Shown here piece by piece: positions 59,214-64,000 of a stretch of 64,000 bases of DNA. The notes beneath the pieces are model-generated. The model made no database searches and was not told where the DNA came from. It worked only from the letters and a program-made list of their open reading frames with translations. Source of the stretch: an uncultured Candidatus Rokubacteria bacterium. GTDB taxonomy: Bacteria > Methylomirabilota > Methylomirabilia > Rokubacteriales > DASRDR01. Position 1 is the first letter of the stretch. Each line of letters begins with the position of its first letter. The position numbers were made by a program, and so were the translations under genes. The stretch lies in assembly GCA_963826115.1 (NCBI GenBank), contig CAWGVS010000005.1, positions 448,001 through 512,000 of the forward strand, written 5' to 3'.

Positions 59214-60164
59214 ATGACCCTGGCGGCGCAGCGTCCGTCGTATGCCTTGGTGCCGGGATGGGGCAAGCTCCCCGACGGCTGGAGCTTCGTCGAGGCGACC
59301 GCCGTCGGGGTCGACTCGAAGGACAACGTGTACGTCTACAACCGCGGGGCCCATCCCGTGATCATCTTCGACCGCAACGGAAAGTTCCTCCGGTCGTGGG
59401 GCGAGGGGATGACGAGCCGAGCCCACGGCATCACGATCGGCCCGGACGACACCGTGTGGCTCACCGACGACGGCAACCACACGATCCGGCAGTACACGGC
59501 CGACGGGAAGCTGCTCCTGTCGATCGGTGATCCCGACAAGCCGTCGCCGGCCCACGGGGGCAAGCCGTTCAACCGGCCCACCCACGTCGCGCTCTCGCCC
59601 CAGACCGGCGACATCTACATCTCGGACGGCTACGGGAACTCGCGCGTCCACAAGTACGACCCGAAGGGACGCCTCCAGTTCTCGTGGGGCGAGCCCGGGA
59701 CCGACCCGGGGTGCTTCAACATCCCCCACAACATCGCGACGGACGCCGAGGGCCTCGTCTACGTGGCCGACCGCGAGAATCATCGCGTCCAGGTGTTCGA
59801 CGCCCGGGGCCACTACCAGTACCAGATCAACAATCTCCACCGGGCCTGCGCTGTCTACGTCGACCGCGCCAACGGGGGGCGCATCTTCGTCGGCGAGCTG
59901 CCGTCGCACCTGCCGGTGAACGCGGCGGTCCCGAACATCGGCGCCCGCGTCAGCGTGCTCACGCTCAAGGGGGATCTCCTCGCCCGGGTCGGCGGCAAGT
60001 TCATGGGCGAGGGGCCCGGCGAGTTCATCGCGCCCCACGGGATCGTGATGGACTCCCACGGGGACTTCTACGTCGCCGAGGTCGCCTTCACGGCCAAGGG
60101 CCGCCACGAGAACCCGCCGCGGGAGATCCGAAGCCTCCAGAAGTTCGCGCTCGCCCGCGGCTAG
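59214..60164 (+). CDS. NHL-repeat beta-propeller (peptidyl-alpha-hydroxyglycine lyase-like)
   Basis: AHG, FNRPT.VA, SDGYGNSRV, FNIPH.I, VADRENHRVQVF. Confidence 0.87.
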   Translation: MTLAAQRPSYALVPGWGKLPDGWSFVEATAVGVDSKDNVYVYNRGAHPVIIFDRNGKFLRSWGEGMTSRAHGITIGPDDTVWLTDDGNHTIRQYTADGKLLLSIGDPDKPSPAHGGKPFNRPTHVALSPQTGDIYISDGYGNSRVHKYDPKGRLQFSWGEPGTDPGCFNIPHNIATDAEGLVYVADRENHRVQVFDARGHYQYQINNLHRACAVYVDRANGGRIFVGELPSHLPVNAAVPNIGARVSVLTLKGDLLARVGGKFMGEGPGEFIAPHGIVMDSHGDFYVAEVAFTAKGRHENPPREIRSLQKFALARG

Positions 60165-60221
60165 GCCGCGTCGCCTCCGCTCGCGCCGGAAGCTCGTTCA
60201 CCCCGGCGCGGGCGGACGCCA

Positions 60222-60587
60222 CTACTTCCCGAGCTCCTCCACCAGCAGGTCGGCTGCCCGGCGGACGTGTGCCGCGAGGTCCCCCTCGCCCACCGCGTCC
60301 AGCCGATCGGCCACGGCCAGCACGTGCTCCAGGTCTCCCGCGTCCTGGGCGTGATGGAAGGCCAGGAGATACGCCTTCCCCACGGTCAACGGCTGGCCGT
60401 CGATGGTGGCGGTGAGCTCGCCCGTGGCCAGCTCGTCGCCGGTTTCCACCAGCGCCGTCCACGCCTCTGGTGCTTCCGCTTCCGGGTGCATGGTGCCTGC
60501 CGCCAGACCGAGCCCCAGCGCTGTGGTGAAGGCCGCCACCCCGAGCCAGCCGGGGATCCGGATTGGTGGACGTTCGCTCGGGCTCAT
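60222..60587 (-). CDS. Membrane-anchored hypothetical protein
   Basis: SD aaggagg, N-terminal TM helix, helical C-terminus. Confidence 0.6.
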   Translation of the reverse strand: MSPSERPPIRIPGWLGVAAFTTALGLGLAAGTMHPEAEAPEAWTALVETGDELATGELTATIDGQPLTVGKAYLLAFHHAQDAGDLEHVLAVADRLDAVGEGDLAAHVRRAADLLVEELGK

Positions 60588-60632
60588 GTGCCTCGACCTC
60601 CTTCGTGGGCTTGTCGGTCGCTCACGAGAAGA

Positions 60633-60646
60633 GCAAAGGCAATGCC
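60633..60646 (-). promoter_or_regulatory. sigma54-type motif
   Basis: Minus strand GGCA-TTGCCT-TTGC, GG-N10-GC spacing. Confidence 0.45.
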
Positions 60647-60781
60647 TGAGACCGTGGCTCGCAAACCATCGTGAAGATTGACGTTGCCACCGGCCACGTG
60701 TGACAGGAACGGCACGGGGTCTGGACTCCCGGATACGCCCCGCCCAGGGATCGCCCGCTCGTCGCCCTCGAGCGCCGGGGT

Positions 60782-60933
60782 TTGACACCCCATCGGCGAG
60801 GAGCGTAGCGTAAAACTCAGGTGAGGTCCGGACAGGGGAGGAAGGCGATGCCCCTCCGACCGCTCCGAAAACCGACTGACGCCTCCGGGCAGCAGGCCGA
60901 AAGGTCGCGCGCCGCGGGGGCGTTGTTGTTTCT
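60782..60933 (+). ncRNA. Promoter plus structured leader / small RNA ending in terminator-like hairpin
   Basis: TTGACA at 60782; stem ACGCCUCCG/CGGGGGCGU capped by GGCC-GAAA-GGUC; U-rich tail. Confidence 0.4.
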
Positions 60934-60945
60934 GGGGAGGGCGCC

Positions 60946-61473
60946 ATGGTCGGATCGACCGAGTCGACGTCAGTCGAGCGAGGCGACACGTACGTCAACC
61001 CCAAGGAGGGCGTCTACGAGGAAGGGCTCGTGGCGGGGCTCCTGGGAGCCGCCACGATCGCGGTCTGGTTCCTGATCCTCGACTCCGTGGCCGGCCGGCC
61101 ATTCCGGACGCCGACGATCCTGGGCACGGCCATCTTCCGGGGCGGCCAGGGGCTGACGTCGGCGGAAGGCGTGCCCGTGTCCTTCGAGATGGTCGTGCTC
61201 TACACCTGGGTTCACGCTCTGGTGTTCTGGGTGATCGCGGGGGTCGCCGCCCGGCTCCTGCGGGTCGCGGAGCGCCAGCCGAACGCGGGGTTCGGGATCC
61301 TCCTCCTCTTCGTGGTGTTCGAGTTCGGCTTCGTCGCGGCGGCGCTGATCTTCGCGGCGCCGGTGCTCCACGCGCTCACGTGGCCGGCGATCCTCGTGGG
61401 GAATCTCCTCGCGGCGCTGGCGATGGGCGCCTACTTCTGGCGCCGCCACCCCGACCTCCGGATCGTTCCCTGA
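60946..61473 (+). CDS. Four-TM hypothetical membrane protein
   Basis: EGLVAGLLGA..IAVWFL, four hydrophobic helices; SD ggggagg. Confidence 0.78.
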   Translation: MVGSTESTSVERGDTYVNPKEGVYEEGLVAGLLGAATIAVWFLILDSVAGRPFRTPTILGTAIFRGGQGLTSAEGVPVSFEMVVLYTWVHALVFWVIAGVAARLLRVAERQPNAGFGILLLFVVFEFGFVAAALIFAAPVLHALTWPAILVGNLLAALAMGAYFWRRHPDLRIVP

Positions 61474-62446
61474 GGGCGGGAGCAATCCGGCGTACCGCCG
61501 AGCCTCCCACCAGCGACGCGACGACCTCCGCGTCGGCGGGTGGCATCGGAAGGGCCTCCAGCTCGGCCGGAGTCACCCACCGGTAGGGCTGGCCCTCGCG
61601 GGGCTCGATGCGCCCGCGCTCCGGCTGGCACCGGAAGAAGTGGAGAAGCACCCGCCGGTCAGGATAGGTCCAGGGGACGACCGCGAGGCGGGCGCCGACC
61701 CGGACGCGCATGCCGAGCTCCTCGTCGAGCTCCCGTGCGAGGCACGTCTCGAGTGATTCGCCGGGCTCGCGCTTGCCCCCGGGAAACTCCCAAAGCCCGC
61801 CGAGGTGCTTCGCCGGATCGCGTCGGGTGACCAGGAACCGTCCGCCGCGCTCGACGATCGCCGCGGTGACCTCGACGACCGGGAAGCCCGCCCGCGCGGC
61901 CAGCTCCCCGAACAAGGCCAGCACCGAGGCCCGGTACGTCGGCCACACGGCCGCATGGCGGCTCGCGTTCGCCGGGTGGAGCAGCACCCAGATCTCGCGT
62001 CCGTCGGCGCGGTACCGGCGCCCGTGGTCGTCGGGGAGGCGGACGGGCTGCTCGAGCACCGCCCGCGCGGCCACCCCGCCCACGGTGACCACGACCTCCG
62101 GTCGGAGGGCCGCCAGCTCCGCCAAGAGGAACGGGCGGCAGCGTCGCGCCTCGCTGGCGAGCGGGCTGCGGTTGCCGGGTCGACGCCGGCCGCCACCGGC
62201 CGGCGCGGCGGGCCAGCACTTGACCGCGTTGGTGAGGTAGAAGAGATCCTCGAGGTCGAGCCCGAGGCGCCGGATCTCGCGACGGAGGATCATCCCGCCG
62301 GCCCCGGTCCACTGTCGCCCGTTCTCGACGCTCGCGATCCCCGGCGCCTCGCCGACCAGGACGAACCGGGCGTCGCGGCGCCCGAGCGCCCGTGCTGGGA
62401 ACTTCTGCCAGTCGCGCATGGTCGGACACGCGCGACAGGCCGACAC
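61376..62446 (-). CDS. Family-4-like uracil-DNA glycosylase fused to MutT-like NUDIX hydrolase (start approximate)
   Basis: CRAC, GEAPG, TNAVKC, RRC, LLHPA; then WEFPGGKREPGESLETCLARELDEELG. Confidence 0.87.
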   Translation of the reverse strand: MSACRACPTMRDWQKFPARALGRRDARFVLVGEAPGIASVENGRQWTGAGGMILRREIRRLGLDLEDLFYLTNAVKCWPAAPAGGGRRRPGNRSPLASEARRCRPFLLAELAALRPEVVVTVGGVAARAVLEQPVRLPDDHGRRYRADGREIWVLLHPANASRHAAVWPTYRASVLALFGELAARAGFPVVEVTAAIVERGGRFLVTRRDPAKHLGGLWEFPGGKREPGESLETCLARELDEELGMRVRVGARLAVVPWTYPDRRVLLHFFRCQPERGRIEPREGQPYRWVTPAELEALPMPPADAEVVASLVGGSAVRRIAPALRERSGGRGGGARSRRPSPAPRGDSPRGSPAT

Positions 62447-62514
62447 CCGGCGAAGCGTCCCCGGGAGCGTCGCCAGCGCCTCGGGCCGGCCTCGCGGCGC
62501 GGCCGAACGTGACG

Positions 62515-63216
62515 TCAGCGTCCCTCCCAGGGGTAGGCCCGGCAGAAGCGGCGCATCGGGCAGGTGAGGCAGAGGGGCTTTCGCGCCGTGCACCAGGTCG
62601 CCCCGAAGTCCATGAGCGCCTGGTTGAAGTCGTAGACGCGGGCTCGCGGGAGGACGCGCTCGGCGAGCGCCCACAGGGCCGCGGTCGAGACGCGGCGCCC
62701 GTCCTGACCGTGAAAGACGCGGCCGAGGACGCGCCGCACGTTGGTGTCGAGGATCGCGGCGCGCTGCCCGTGGGCGAACGAGCGGACCGCGCCGGCGGTG
62801 TAGCGTCCGATGCCCTTCATGGCGCGGAGGGCCTTCTCCTCCACGGGCAGCCGCCCGCCGTAGCGCGCGACGGCTTCCCGCGCGATGCCGTGCAGGTGGA
62901 CCGGGCGGACGTTATAGCCGAGCGGATACCACGTGCGCGTGACGTCCTGGACGTCCGCCTCGGCCAGCGCCTCGAGCGTCGGGTAGCGGCCGAGGAACTC
63001 GTGGTACTTCGGGACGACACGGTCCACCTGGGTCTGCTGGAGCATGATCTCCGAGACCAGCACGTGGTAGGGGTCGCGGGTCCGTCTCCAGGGGAGATCG
63101 CGCTGGTGACGCGCGTACCAGCGGAGGAGGCCCTGGCGGAACCGCCGGAGCATCCCGGCATCGGGGTCGCGGGTCGCGCGGACCCGACGCCGACTCGAGG
63201 TCTTCCGCCGCCGCAC
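62515..63216 (-). CDS. mutY: A/G-specific adenine glycosylase, short form (no C-terminal domain)
   Basis: R.LPWR, VSEIMLQQTQV, GIGRYTA, LDTNV.RV, NQALMDFGA..C...P.C..CP....C. Confidence 0.88.
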   Translation of the reverse strand: MRRRKTSSRRRVRATRDPDAGMLRRFRQGLLRWYARHQRDLPWRRTRDPYHVLVSEIMLQQTQVDRVVPKYHEFLGRYPTLEALAEADVQDVTRTWYPLGYNVRPVHLHGIAREAVARYGGRLPVEEKALRAMKGIGRYTAGAVRSFAHGQRAAILDTNVRRVLGRVFHGQDGRRVSTAALWALAERVLPRARVYDFNQALMDFGATWCTARKPLCLTCPMRRFCRAYPWEGR

Positions 63217-63258
63217 GGGCCGATTATATCGGCCCGGCGGCGCGTCGACGGCCGGGCA

Positions 63259-63831
63259 TCAGCGGGGCTCGAGCGGATCGTCGGGCGGCGGGTCCGTCTG
63301 GCCGTGGCGCTCCGCCCGGAAGCGGTAGAGGCGCACCGGGCTGAACCGCCAGACGCCCGCCTTCCGGCGCGCCCTCGTGAGCTGCTGCTCGGTCGTGGCC
63401 ACGTCGGGGAGGCCGGGGAGGAGCCCGCCCCGTCGGCGGAACCCCTGGACGAGGAGCCCGTGGACGCGAGGGTCCTGCCCGCGGAGGTCCTTGAGCCGCT
63501 CGAGCGGTCCGAGGAAGTAGACCTCGTAGCGCAGGGTCGGGAGCTCGCTCGGCCTGACCGGCGGGAAGCGCGGATCGCGACTCGCGGCCAGGACGGCCGC
63601 GGCGAGCACCTCGTCGACGAGCCGGGGCCGGCTGGCGGTGAAGCGTCCCATGCACCCGCGGAGCTGGCCCTCGACGCGCAGGGCGACGAAGGCGGCGCCC
63701 GGCTGGCGGAGCGCCCCGGGCGGGTCCGACGGCGCCTCGACCCGGGAGCCCGTTCTCACGTAGTGCTCGACGGCTTCGCGGGCGAGCGCTACCGCGAAGG
63801 GCCCCGCCTCCCGATCCGCTCCCACGGCCAC
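63259..63831 (-). CDS. AMMECR1 domain protein (AmmeMemoRadiSam protein A-like)
   Basis: AFV.L...GQLRGCMG, DPRF.PV, GLL......GGLLP, KAG. Confidence 0.85.
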   Translation of the reverse strand: MAVGADREAGPFAVALAREAVEHYVRTGSRVEAPSDPPGALRQPGAAFVALRVEGQLRGCMGRFTASRPRLVDEVLAAAVLAASRDPRFPPVRPSELPTLRYEVYFLGPLERLKDLRGQDPRVHGLLVQGFRRRGGLLPGLPDVATTEQQLTRARRKAGVWRFSPVRLYRFRAERHGQTDPPPDDPLEPR

Positions 63832-63884
63832 GCGGACATGATCCCGGGGCGGCCCGGTATAATGCAAGCGTCGACGAGCCAGCC

Positions 63885-64000
63885 ATGAGCGACCGCCTTC
63901 CCCTCCACGACGTCCACGAGCGCCTCGGCGCCCGCTTCGGCGAGGCCGACGGAGTCCTCGCGCCGCTTCACTACGGGGACCCCGCCGGCGAGCACGAGGC
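63885..64000 (+). CDS. GcvT/aminomethyltransferase-family protein, N-terminus (truncated by window)
   Basis: MSDRLPLHDVHERLGARF...PLHYGDP..EH; TATAAT at 63858-63863. Confidence 0.7.
   Translation, partial: MSDRLPLHDVHERLGARFGEADGVLAPLHYGDPAGEHE

Noticed and set aside
60841-60890. Fluoride or yybP-ykoY riboswitch (GGCGAUG / GGGGAG words)
   Set aside because: Required pairing and conserved downstream words are missing; the downstream gene is not CrcB- or MntP-like
61376-61473. 98-bp convergent overlap of the NUDIX fusion tail with the membrane gene
   Set aside because: The tail is low-complexity run-on past the domain end, likely a lost stop or indel rather than functional dual coding

Overview
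This is a very GC-rich (visually about 70% or more, not computed), densely coding bacterial chromosome segment. The gene repertoire resembles Candidatus Rokubacteria/Methylomirabilota or a related diderm soil lineage; this is inference only. Contents in order: (1) a housekeeping block (argS, SPOR protein, hpt, ftsH, folP, cdaA-cdaR-glmM, two exported unknowns, acpS, nnr, tsaE, radC, pyrD); (2) tRNA-Val(CAC); (3) accessory metabolism, including a CoA ligase / Fe-S-ligand-less 4-hydroxybutyryl-CoA-dehydratase-like / DUF2889-like operon and a four-gene di-iron protein + PlsA/PlsR(Ger)-like ATP-dependent reductase operon, a candidate ether-lipid system; (4) a Dpp/Opp ABC transporter with an amidohydrolase; (5) murQ-anmK and mmsB; (6) futalosine menaquinone genes mqnD/C/A/E; (7) a MaoC pair plus cis-prenyltransferase, glycolipid glycosyltransferase and deacetylase; (8) a CDGSH / partner / UGSC selenoprotein operon with an in-frame UGA and candidate SECIS; (9) chrA, queG, pncA, def; (10) a short MutY followed by a UDG-MutT fusion. 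Several sigma54 promoter motifs, a DnaA-box-like cluster and a structured leader RNA are visible. Three genes carry +1 frameshifts in short C/G runs, most likely sequencing errors. No CRISPR array, rRNA, integrase or transposase was seen.
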